From an uncultured bacterium (GTDB lineage Bacteria > Auribacterota > Erginobacteria > Erginobacterales > CAZKCI01), in the NCBI GenBank assembly GCA_964551475.1, contig CAZKCI010000027.1, positions 45,050 to 77,049 on the forward strand: a DNA stretch of 32,000 nucleotides. Reading direction: 5' to 3'. The notes below the pieces were generated by a model. It was not told the DNA's origin. It did not search any database and saw only the letters and a program-made list of their open reading frames with translations. Position 1 is the first letter of the stretch. The number at the start of each line of letters is the position of its first letter. The position numbers were made by a program, and so were the translations under genes. Below, one piece after another: positions 7,499 to 14,569 of this stretch.

Positions 7499-8335
7499 TC
7501 ATTCGGTGAATTTAAACAGCGTGATTTCGGGAGGGCAGAGGAAACGGACCGGATAAGGCTTGGACCCGATCCCCCGGTTGACGTAGAGCCAGCCGCCCGG
7601 GAGGGGGAAGAGGCCGCGGAGGAACGGAGAGCGGCCGTAGGATTCGAGGAAACGACCCCAGGCCGGCAGGCCGACCTGTCCGCCATGGGTGTCCCCGGAG
7701 AGCACCAGGTCGGCCCCCTGCTCGATCAGAGCCGGGGCGAGATCGGGGCTGGCGGAGAGGACGACGAGCGGCTCATTCCGAGGAATCCCCTCCAGGGCGG
7801 CGGAGATCCCTCCTTCCCCCCCGTAGTCGACGCCGGCCAGCCAGAAAAAATCCTCCCCGTTCCCGAAGCGCATCTTCAGGCTCTTTCCCCCGATCAGCGA
7901 GAGGCCGGAGCGCTTCCAGAGCAAGACAAAATCGTCTCCCTGGAGGTAAGCCCGGTCGGCGTTCCCCAGGATCCCGTAGCACCACATCCCGGGTCTCAGT
8001 CTCGAAACCAGCCGGGCGACCAGGGGGGCGGCGCGGGAAGATTCGACATAGTCCCCGGTGAAAAGGACGCAGTCCGGATGGAGACGGTTGATCCTTTCGA
8101 TCAGGCTTTTCTCCCGGAACCCCAGCTCCCCGGCGATGTGAAGGTCGGAGACCTGGACGATCCGTCGGCCCTGGAGAACGCGGGCGAGAGCGGGATGGCG
8201 GATGCGGACGGTCGTCACCGTCACCCAGTTCGGCTCGATCACCAGGGCGTCAAAGAGGATAAAGCCGGCCGTGGCGACGGCCGCCAGGCCGAGCAGCGCG
8301 GCCAGAAGAAGGAATTTCGTCGGGGCGGGCCTCAT
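7499..8335 (-). CDS. Membrane-anchored metallophosphoesterase (calcineurin-like, YkuE/YaeI type)
   Basis: 278 aa with an N-terminal TM (FLLLAALLGLAAVATAGFILF). Motifs: VQVSDLHI, FTGDYV, GILGNAD, LSGDTHGGQV. Confidence 0.8.
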   Translation of the reverse strand: MRPAPTKFLLLAALLGLAAVATAGFILFDALVIEPNWVTVTTVRIRHPALARVLQGRRIVQVSDLHIAGELGFREKSLIERINRLHPDCVLFTGDYVESSRAAPLVARLVSRLRPGMWCYGILGNADRAYLQGDDFVLLWKRSGLSLIGGKSLKMRFGNGEDFFWLAGVDYGGEGGISAALEGIPRNEPLVVLSASPDLAPALIEQGADLVLSGDTHGGQVGLPAWGRFLESYGRSPFLRGLFPLPGGWLYVNRGIGSKPYPVRFLCPPEITLFKFTE

Positions 8336-8458
8336 AGAATGCCGCGAGCAGGGTCGAAGCAGTCATCCCCGACGCGGGACGAGGGAACGAATATGAATAT
8401 TCCAGCAACAATCCGGCGCGGGCGGCCGGAGACACCGGCTGACACTTCTGATCAAACC

Positions 8459-8501
8459 GAATAGCCGTCCGCCCCGTTCCAGACGGGCCGGACGGCTATT
8501 C
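8459..8501 (-). terminator. GC-rich hairpin overlapping the stop codon of gene 8496..9953; candidate intrinsic terminator
   Basis: Perfect 13-bp inverted repeat GAATAGCCGTCCG (8459-8471) / CGGACGGCTATTC (8489-8501). An inner CCCGT/ACGGG pairing extends it. On the minus strand it is followed by GGTTTGAT, a weak U tract. Confidence 0.5.
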
Positions 8502-9953
8502 GACGGTGAGCTTCCCTACTTCCCAGTCCTGGATTTCGGGGTTGGTGTAGGGTTCCTTGATGAAGTCCTGCGGGTAGTTCGGCTGAATGATGTTGGTGAC
8601 TTTCTTATTTTCCACGTCCCAGTCCGCCATCTTGACGTAGTTCAGACCGCCGCCTCCGGTGTCGGCGATGATGTAGAGGCCGGCCCTGACCACGTAGTTC
8701 CCCGGAGGGGAGTCGGGGCTCAGCATCAGCGGGCCGGACTCGACCGCGATCTCCTGGTTCAGCGCCCAATTCCGGATCGGGGGATAGAGGGGGACGTCGA
8801 CGTCGATCCTCCCCGCCCGGTCGAACTCGCGGTAGACGTGGACGAACATCTTGTGGGTCGGGAAGAGGGGGGCGGTGAGCTTGTAGACCACCGAGAGCTT
8901 GAAGACATCGCCCCGTTTCACTCTGGTCGGGCCGTCCAGGCGGACAAAGGTGAGCGAGGGCTCTCCGCTGGGCCCGCCCCGGGAGCGCAGACGGAGCATG
9001 GAGAGATAGAAGCTGAAATCCTTTCCGGGCCGCGGAAGGAAAAGCTTGACCGAGCTGATGGCGGAGATGTTGATCGCCCCGCCCGTGTCCATCATGGGGA
9101 CGACCTCACGGACGGTCTCTCCGGGATTGAACCGGATTTCCTTCTTAAAAAGTCTTCCGCTCTTGTCGTTGATCTGGAGGATGACCCGCCCCCCCTCCCC
9201 CCCGGGAATGCCCTGGAGAGCGATCTCCAGGTTGTCATACAGGGACCAGTCGGCGGTACGGGGGCGGAGGGAGAAATAATTCTCGAGGGCGATCGCCGGG
9301 TATTCCCCTTCCGGTTTGATCGTGACCAGCGCCATGGGCGTGTCCCCTTCCTTGAAGAGCGAGATGGTGGCGCCTCGGGGCTCCCAAAAGATCAGGTCCT
9401 GTTCGCTGGCGAAGGTGACCAGGTCGAACTCGGTCGGCGCGGCGGCCGCTCCTTCCTTCTTCTCCGCCGCCTTGACCGAGATCTTCCCCAGGGCGAAGTT
9501 CTTGATCTCGGTGTTGGTGAGGGGTTCCCGGACAAAACGGACCCCTTTCTCGTCCGCGCTGATTTCCATCAGCCCCATCCGCACCTCGTAGTCTCCCGGC
9601 TCCAGATCGTAGGGGATGGACATCCCGAACGGGCCGACCTCGACCACCTGGCCGACCTCCCAGCGGTTGGTCGGGAAGCGGGGGAAGAAATCGGCGTTGA
9701 CACGGACCTCGTTCTGTCCGGCGGGGACGAAGTGCAGGAAAATCTTCTCGCTCTTGTCCACCGGCGCGGTGAGCTGGAAAAAAGCGGATCCGGTGAAAAA
9801 ATCCCCCTGGGAGGCCTCTGTCTGCATCTGGAAGCTGACGAAGGAAACCCGGGGGGAACCCTGGCGAAGAATGGTTTCAGCGGGGGCGGGCGAGGCGAGG
9901 AGGAGCGCCGCGAGAGACAGAAGCGCAGTCAACCATCCGGATGCAGTCTTCAT
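8496..9953 (-). CDS. Secreted protein of unknown family, built from repeated beta-rich modules (paralog of 10113..11150)
   Basis: ORF 8496..9971(-) trimmed to the ATG at 9953 (MKTASGWLTALLSLAALLLASPAPAE signal peptide). Two copies of a module of about 110 aa carry P(R/P)(F/I)(P/R)(T/N)xxW...GP...P.DxxPGxY and end in (Y/L)TN(P/T)EI(Q/K)(D/N)(W/F)..GK(L/I)(T/S)V. A central module is shared with the neighbouring gene. Confidence 0.7.
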   Translation of the reverse strand: MKTASGWLTALLSLAALLLASPAPAETILRQGSPRVSFVSFQMQTEASQGDFFTGSAFFQLTAPVDKSEKIFLHFVPAGQNEVRVNADFFPRFPTNRWEVGQVVEVGPFGMSIPYDLEPGDYEVRMGLMEISADEKGVRFVREPLTNTEIKNFALGKISVKAAEKKEGAAAAPTEFDLVTFASEQDLIFWEPRGATISLFKEGDTPMALVTIKPEGEYPAIALENYFSLRPRTADWSLYDNLEIALQGIPGGEGGRVILQINDKSGRLFKKEIRFNPGETVREVVPMMDTGGAINISAISSVKLFLPRPGKDFSFYLSMLRLRSRGGPSGEPSLTFVRLDGPTRVKRGDVFKLSVVYKLTAPLFPTHKMFVHVYREFDRAGRIDVDVPLYPPIRNWALNQEIAVESGPLMLSPDSPPGNYVVRAGLYIIADTGGGGLNYVKMADWDVENKKVTNIIQPNYPQDFIKEPYTNPEIQDWEVGKLTVE

Positions 9954-9981
9954 GATGTCAGCCCCCAGCATGAGGAATCGC

Positions 9982-10107
9982 GTCGATGGGCAAGGGCCAG
10001 GTTATTGGTCTGGTTCATGGGCAAAGTCATGGGGCGCGCAACGTAACAGCCCTGCCATCACTACCGACATTGCCCAGGCCCGAACCTTTGACCTTACCCT
10101 TACCCAT
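9982..10107. repeat. Palindromic intergenic element, family copy 1 (GTCGATGGGCAAGGG...)
   Basis: The left arm is GTCGATGGGCAAGGGCCAGGTTATTGGTCTGGTTCATGGGCAAAGTCATGGGG. The right arm is ...GCCCAGGCCCGAACCTTTGACCTTACCCTTACCCAT. The arms are imperfectly complementary. It spans from the stop at 10113 to 29 nt before the start at 9953. Confidence 0.75.
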
Positions 10108-10112
10108 TTTAC

Positions 10113-11150
10113 CTATTTTTTAGGGCCCGTCACCTGGATTTTGCTCACCCGGAACTCCTTGAGCTCCGGGTTCTCATACGGCTGAAAATAGTACTGGAAA
10201 CGGCCGGCGACCTCCAGGGGATGGGCGAGGATCGCTTCCAGGTCGTAGGTACCCGGGGGAAGGTCGGCCGGGAGGGCGACCTCCACCGGGCCGACCTTGA
10301 CCAGCTTGCCCTCCGGCCACTGGCTGGTCGGGAAGGGGGGCGAGACCTCGGCCAGCGTGCGGACATTGCCCTCCCGGCTCAAACGGAGAAGCAGGGTGTG
10401 ATCGGATCCCAGGGGACGGCGGGCGATGAAGTAGAACGATCCCGCAAATTTCTCGCCGGGCGAGGCGGAGGCGGGGAATTCCAGACCCATGAAACGGACC
10501 AGCGCCGTCGACGGCGCTTCCTGGGCGGAAGAGGGAAAACCGATATCGGTGTAATAAAGGACCGTCTCCGAGGAGGGGTCCCAGAGGAAGAAGTTCAGGT
10601 AGCCGATCTTGCTGGCGTCGATCCTCTCCGCGATCTGGCGGACGGGGATCTCGATCCGGCGGGACTGGCCGGGGGCGATCTTCTCCGCCCTCTGGAAGCT
10701 CTGGCCGCCGACGTCCTTGACCTTGACCTTGAGATCGACGTCGAAGGACTGGGGGTTGAAAACCGTGAAGAACAGGGAGGCGGCATCCCTCCAGTCCATC
10801 GTCGGCATGGTGTCGTCGGTCCAGAGGAATCCGGGCGACTGGGAAGGGTAGTAGGTCACCCGGGCCCACTTCTCCGGCGAGTCGAAGGGGCTGTTGACGA
10901 TCTCGAAGCGGGTGCCGGCGGTCACCCAGATCTCGGCGTCTTCGGGTCGGGAGAAATCGCAGCGGAAACCGGCCATGTTCTTCGCCTTGACTCCGGAGAC
11001 GATCGCCACCGGCTCGCGCTTGATCTTTTTCAGCCAGGAGGGCAGCTGGGCGATCCGGTCCTTGAGGAAGAGGCCCAGGACCAGGAGCACCAGGACGACC
11101 CAGGCCGCGGTCATGACCCGGTTGACCCATGTTTTTCTTATGGTTTTCAC
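10113..11150 (-). CDS. Membrane-anchored protein of unknown family (paralog of 8496..9953)
   Basis: 345 aa with a GTG start at 11150; an in-frame ATG alternative is at 11114. It has an N-terminal signal anchor (VMTAAWVVLVLLVLGLFL) and a central module similar to the neighbour. The C-terminal module reads SPPFPTSQWPEGKLVKVGPVEVALPADLPPGTYDLEA ... YENPELKEFRVSKIQV. Confidence 0.7.
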   Translation of the reverse strand: MKTIRKTWVNRVMTAAWVVLVLLVLGLFLKDRIAQLPSWLKKIKREPVAIVSGVKAKNMAGFRCDFSRPEDAEIWVTAGTRFEIVNSPFDSPEKWARVTYYPSQSPGFLWTDDTMPTMDWRDAASLFFTVFNPQSFDVDLKVKVKDVGGQSFQRAEKIAPGQSRRIEIPVRQIAERIDASKIGYLNFFLWDPSSETVLYYTDIGFPSSAQEAPSTALVRFMGLEFPASASPGEKFAGSFYFIARRPLGSDHTLLLRLSREGNVRTLAEVSPPFPTSQWPEGKLVKVGPVEVALPADLPPGTYDLEAILAHPLEVAGRFQYYFQPYENPELKEFRVSKIQVTGPKK

Positions 11151-11162
11151 TTGTAAACTAAT

Positions 11163-11191
11163 ATAATACTTCCCCGGTCCTGTTTCCGCAA
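11163..11191 (-). promoter_or_regulatory. Candidate divergent sigma70-type promoter for the paralog pair 10113..11150 / 8496..9953
   Basis: The minus strand reads TTGCGG (11191-11186), a 17-nt spacer, then TATTAT (11168-11163). The implied start site is only a few nt before the GTG at 11150, so the true start codon may be the ATG at 11114. Confidence 0.3.
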
Positions 11192-11221
11192 CCTGGAAGC
11201 GCTGGCGGCCCGGCTAAAATC

Positions 11222-11249
11222 TTGACACGCTTACCTCCGATACTATACA
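11222..11249 (+). promoter_or_regulatory. Candidate sigma70-type promoter for the LysM / rotor-stator operon
   Basis: A perfect -35 TTGACA (11222-11227), a 16-nt spacer, then TATACA (11244-11249), about 48 nt upstream of the ATG at 11298. AAGGAG follows at 11283-11288. Confidence 0.45.
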
Positions 11250-11297
11250 TTGGCGTGAAGAATCCGGCGCCGGAGGCGCAGGAAGGAGACGTTCACG

Positions 11298-12215
11298 ATG
11301 CGCTTGGCTTTCCTGACCATACTCATCCTCGCGACACTTCCGGGCCAAACCCGGGCGCAACAGCCTGACTCCCCGGAGATGGCCGATCGCACCGACCTGG
11401 AGTCCGTCTGGAAGCGCTCCGGACGGACGACCCGGGTCATCGACTACCCCTTCAGCCCCCGCCCCTGGATCTCCAGCGGTCCCGACCTTCGGGACTGGGG
11501 AAACCAGGGCTACATCTTCATCAACCCGCGGATCGAAGACCGGGCGCGGACCCTTCCCGCCCCCACCCCGGAAGAGGGGCTGACCGCCGTGGAAACGGTC
11601 GAAGCGGAGGAGATCGCCCGCATGCTGGAGGAGGAAAAAGGACGGCGGGGGGCCCTGGAGGCGGAGATCAAAGCGGCGCAGGAGGAGCTCCAGGCGGCCC
11701 GGGAGAAAACCGAAGATCAGTCGGCCAAGATCTTGATTCTCGAAAACCAGATCGAGGAGATGGAAAAGCAGAAGGGCGCCGTGACGGCTGAATGGACAGG
11801 GGAGACCGGCGGAACCGGCGGACCGCCAGCCGCCGGACTTATCGTGGAGAAGACGGACACCTACCCGGTCGGTCAGGACCAGAGCCTGTGGTCGATTGCC
11901 GGGCGGGCCGAGGTCTACGGGAACCCCTTCAAATGGCTCCTTCTCTACCACGCCAACCGCGACCAGATCTTCGACCCCGACCTGATCTATCCCGGCATGA
12001 TCCTGATGGTTCCCCGCTATAAGGACCTGGAGGTTTTCCCGCCCCCGCCGGCGGAAGAGAAAGCGGCGGCGACGGAGCCGGCAGAGGAAGGAGCGGCGGC
12101 GGCGACGCCCGCTTTGACGGAGGAAACCCCTGTTGCCAAGCCCCCGGCGACTTCTCCGGCGAACGCCACCCAGGCTCCAGAAATGCCGGCGCCAAATCCG
12201 TCACCTCTGTCCTGA
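11298..12215 (+). CDS. Secreted coiled-coil protein with a LysM peptidoglycan-binding domain and a Pro/Ala-rich tail
   Basis: 305 aa. AAGGAG at 11283-11288 lies 9 nt before the ATG. Features: signal peptide MRLAFLTILILATLPGQTRAQQ, a coiled-coil segment (EAEIKAAQEELQAAREKTEDQSAKILILENQIEEMEKQK), and a LysM-like segment (YPVGQDQSLWSIAGRAEVYGNPFKWLLLYHANRDQIFDPDLIYPGMILMVP). Confidence 0.8.
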   Translation: MRLAFLTILILATLPGQTRAQQPDSPEMADRTDLESVWKRSGRTTRVIDYPFSPRPWISSGPDLRDWGNQGYIFINPRIEDRARTLPAPTPEEGLTAVETVEAEEIARMLEEEKGRRGALEAEIKAAQEELQAAREKTEDQSAKILILENQIEEMEKQKGAVTAEWTGETGGTGGPPAAGLIVEKTDTYPVGQDQSLWSIAGRAEVYGNPFKWLLLYHANRDQIFDPDLIYPGMILMVPRYKDLEVFPPPPAEEKAAATEPAEEGAAAATPALTEETPVAKPPATSPANATQAPEMPAPNPSPLS

Positions 12216-12247
12216 TCACCGATCACTGATTACTTTTTACTGTTTCT
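12213..12247. repeat. Degenerate heptamer tandem array (YGATYAC-type) between the LysM gene and the FliF/FliG-like gene
   Basis: TGATCAC CGATCAC TGATTAC TTTTTAC TGTTTCT, starting at the LysM stop codon (TGA 12213-12215). Confidence 0.7.
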
Positions 12248-12258
12248 TCCCGGGAGAC

Positions 12259-14358
12259 ATGAGCGCAGTGATCCGATCCCGCATAACCTTTCTGATCCTG
12301 GCCGCCGCCGGCTTCCTCTACGCTCCCCTTCTCCCCTCCCAGCAGAGAGCGGACGAATCCCAGGTGGAGACGGCGCTCCAGCAAAAGCTCCAGTCGATGC
12401 TGGACGTCCTGGTCGGCCCCCAGCGCACAATCGTCGACGTCGACGTCACCCTCCGGGACACCGCCACGGCGAACGAGGTGAGTAACCGCGTCCGCGCAAT
12501 GACATCTCTCTCCGGCGTCCGCACCAGCGTGAAAAAGGAGGAGGCGGGGGCCGCCGACGGAGACCTCCTGGAACCCCTGATCTCGAGCCGCCATATCTCG
12601 GTCCAGGCCGACGAAAAGCTCGCCGCCGAGCTGATCGAGAAGATCAAAACCGAGGTCCCCAAGTGGGCCCGGATCAATCCCGGCCGCGGCGACACCTTCA
12701 AGCTGGAGCTCATTCCCTGGCGGGAGATCGTCTCCCCCCCCTCCGCCACCCAGCAGAACTACCTCCTCTACTCCATTTTGGCCATGGTCGTCCTGCTCAT
12801 CCTGATCGCCGCCATCTACTTCCCCCTGAGAAAGCTCAAGATGCCGGAGACAACCCCCCCGGGAGCAATCCCCGGAACACCGGCCGCACCCCGAGGACCG
12901 GGCGAAGAGGCCGCCGGAGGCCCCGGTGAAGAAGAAAAGCGCAAACAGCGCACCGAAGAACTCGATGAATTGAAGCAGGTCTTCGCCGGGGCGGCGAACA
13001 TCGACCAGAGCGGCGTCCTGGAGGAGATCAGGAACATGATCGAGAAGGGCCTCTCCCGCACGCCGGCCCAGATCGACTCAATCCTGGAGGAGATCAAGGA
13101 CATCCTCTCCAAGACCCCCCAGGAGTCGGACACACTCCTGACCGAGATCCGCGACACGCTGGCCGACATGCTGGATGCCCAGAAGAAGCTCACGGCGATG
13201 GGCGGGCTGGGCGCGGGAACCGGGACCGGCGCGGCGGCCCCGGGCGCCGCGCCCGCCGCCGCGCCGGCCGCCCGGGCGGAAGCCGCGGGGCGGGCCGCCG
13301 GGGACGGCGGCTTCGGCCCCGAGGTGGTCGAGGTCCTGGGCAACATCGAGGACCTGATGGCCCAGCAGTTGGAGAAGACACCGGAGAGCGGCATCCTGGA
13401 CGAGCCCTTCAAGTACCTGAAGACCCTTCCGCCCGAAGACGTCGTCATGCTGGTCGAGGACGAGGAGCCGAAGCTCGCGGCCGCCGTCCTCTCCCAGATC
13501 GACTCCAAATCCGCCGCCGACGTGATGGCGGGGATCGAGGAGGAAAAGCAGTTCGAGATCGCCCGGGCGATGACGGGCCTGGTCGAGACGGAGGACCTGG
13601 CCGAGGAGATCAAGGACTTCCTGGAACGCAAGCTCAAGATCGTCCGCCTGCACAAGGACTACATCCCGGTCCTCGGTTACCGGGTCCTGGCCGACATTCT
13701 GTCCTCCAGCCGCTACGCGGTGGCCCGGGTCCTCCTGGACAAGATGGAGTCCAAGAACCCGGCCATGGCCGCCGAGGTGCGCAAACGGATGTTCCTCTTC
13801 GAGGACGTGGTCACCCTGACCGACAAGGACCTCGAGGCCCTGATCCACAACCTCCCCCGGGAGATGGTCTCCTGCGCCCTGGCCGACTCCCCGGAGGAGA
13901 TCCGGAACAAGTTCCTCCAGAACATGACCGAGCGCGCCCGCCAGATGATCCAGGAGGACATGGAGACGCTGAAGAAGGTCCAGCTCGAGAAGGACGGCAA
14001 GGAGATGAACTTCAACGAGGCCATGCTCGCCCTCGATCAGAACGTGATCGAGGAGATCTTCCGGACGGTGGACCGCAACGTGGTCAAGATGGCCCTGCGC
14101 GGGGGCTCCGACGAGGTGCGGGAGAAGTTCTTCGCGGGTCTGACCGAGCGGGCGGTGGTGATGCTCAAGGAGGACCTGGAGGTGATGGGCCAGATCACGC
14201 GCAAGCGCGCCGACGAGGCTCAGGAAGAGGTGATGAACGTCCTCCGCAAGCTCTCCAGCAAGACGCTGGAGGCCCAGCACGAGATCATCGCCACCATCCG
14301 CAAGCTCGAGAAGGAAGGGCAGATCAGCGTCGAGCGCTTTCAGGAAGAGATGGTTTAG
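12259..14358 (+). CDS. FliF-like / FliG-like fusion protein: bitopic membrane protein with a short periplasmic ring-building domain and a cytoplasmic FliG_M plus 2x FliG_C-like region
   Basis: ORF 12133..14358(+) trimmed to the ATG at 12259, with GGGAGA just upstream; the discarded part overlaps the LysM gene. It begins with an anchor helix (ITFLILAAAGFLYAPLL). The periplasmic part (about 140 aa) has FliF/YscJ-type signatures: LQSMLDVLVGPQRTIVDVDVTL, HISVQAD, INPGRGDTFKLELIPW. TM2 is YLLYSILAMVVLLILIAAIYFPL. The FliG_M-like part has EDEEPKLAAAVLSQIDSKSAADVM and the MFLFEDV hinge. Two FliG_C-like units follow: NMTERARQMIQEDMETL, and GLTERAVVMLKEDLEVMGQITRKRADEAQEEVMNVLRKL ... EAQHEIIATIRKLEKEGQISV. 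Confidence 0.8.
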   Translation: MSAVIRSRITFLILAAAGFLYAPLLPSQQRADESQVETALQQKLQSMLDVLVGPQRTIVDVDVTLRDTATANEVSNRVRAMTSLSGVRTSVKKEEAGAADGDLLEPLISSRHISVQADEKLAAELIEKIKTEVPKWARINPGRGDTFKLELIPWREIVSPPSATQQNYLLYSILAMVVLLILIAAIYFPLRKLKMPETTPPGAIPGTPAAPRGPGEEAAGGPGEEEKRKQRTEELDELKQVFAGAANIDQSGVLEEIRNMIEKGLSRTPAQIDSILEEIKDILSKTPQESDTLLTEIRDTLADMLDAQKKLTAMGGLGAGTGTGAAAPGAAPAAAPAARAEAAGRAAGDGGFGPEVVEVLGNIEDLMAQQLEKTPESGILDEPFKYLKTLPPEDVVMLVEDEEPKLAAAVLSQIDSKSAADVMAGIEEEKQFEIARAMTGLVETEDLAEEIKDFLERKLKIVRLHKDYIPVLGYRVLADILSSSRYAVARVLLDKMESKNPAMAAEVRKRMFLFEDVVTLTDKDLEALIHNLPREMVSCALADSPEEIRNKFLQNMTERARQMIQEDMETLKKVQLEKDGKEMNFNEAMLALDQNVIEEIFRTVDRNVVKMALRGGSDEVREKFFAGLTERAVVMLKEDLEVMGQITRKRADEAQEEVMNVLRKLSSKTLEAQHEIIATIRKLEKEGQISVERFQEEMV

Positions 14359-14359
14359 T

Positions 14360-14560
14360 ATGATCAAACTCACCAGACTGAACGGGCAGGAGATGATCAT
14401 CAACGCCGATCTGATCGAGCTGATCGAGGCGAGGCCTGACACCATCGTCACCATGAACACGGGGGAGAAATACATCGTCCGGGAAGCGGTGGACGACATC
14501 ATCGCCCGGATCTCCCGTTACAAGCAGAGCCTCAGTCAACCCCCACCAACCAACGAATAG
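14360..14560 (+). CDS. flbD: FlbD/SwrD family flagellar motor accessory protein
   Basis: 66 aa: MIKLTRLNGQEMIINADLIELIEARPDTIVTMNTGEKYIVREAVDDIIARISRYK. This matches the characteristic FlbD pattern (MI.LTRLNG....lN.dlIe.iE.tPDT.i.l.nG.kyvV.Es.dev). The start is 1 nt after the upstream stop codon. Confidence 0.8.
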   Translation: MIKLTRLNGQEMIINADLIELIEARPDTIVTMNTGEKYIVREAVDDIIARISRYKQSLSQPPPTNE

Positions 14561-14569
14561 GGCTGCTCC

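Noticed and set aside
8496-12215. PEP-CTERM sorting signals at the C-termini of the secreted proteins (8496..9953, 10113..11150, 11298..12215).
   Set aside because: Their C-termini (…WEVGKLTVE, …KIQVTGPKK, …PNPSPLS) lack the PEP motif, TM helix and basic cluster. They are not obvious exosortase substrates.
13078-14502. Long ORFs on the opposite strand or in alternative frames of well-supported genes. Examples: 13078..14502(-), 376..1434(+), 1454..2491(-), 3754..4776(-), 5646..6614(+), 8838..10046(+), 10174..11130(-), 10221..11156(+), 14324..15199(-), 17551..18465(+), 18893..19708(+), 22984..24276(+), 24792..25616(+), 25484..26473(+), 27054..28346(+), 29454..30719(+), 31027..31821(-).
   Set aside because: Their translations are Arg/Gly/Pro/Asp/His-rich low-complexity strings with no motifs. 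Each fully overlaps a gene whose product has clear family signatures. Stop-free shadow frames like these are expected in DNA this G+C-rich.
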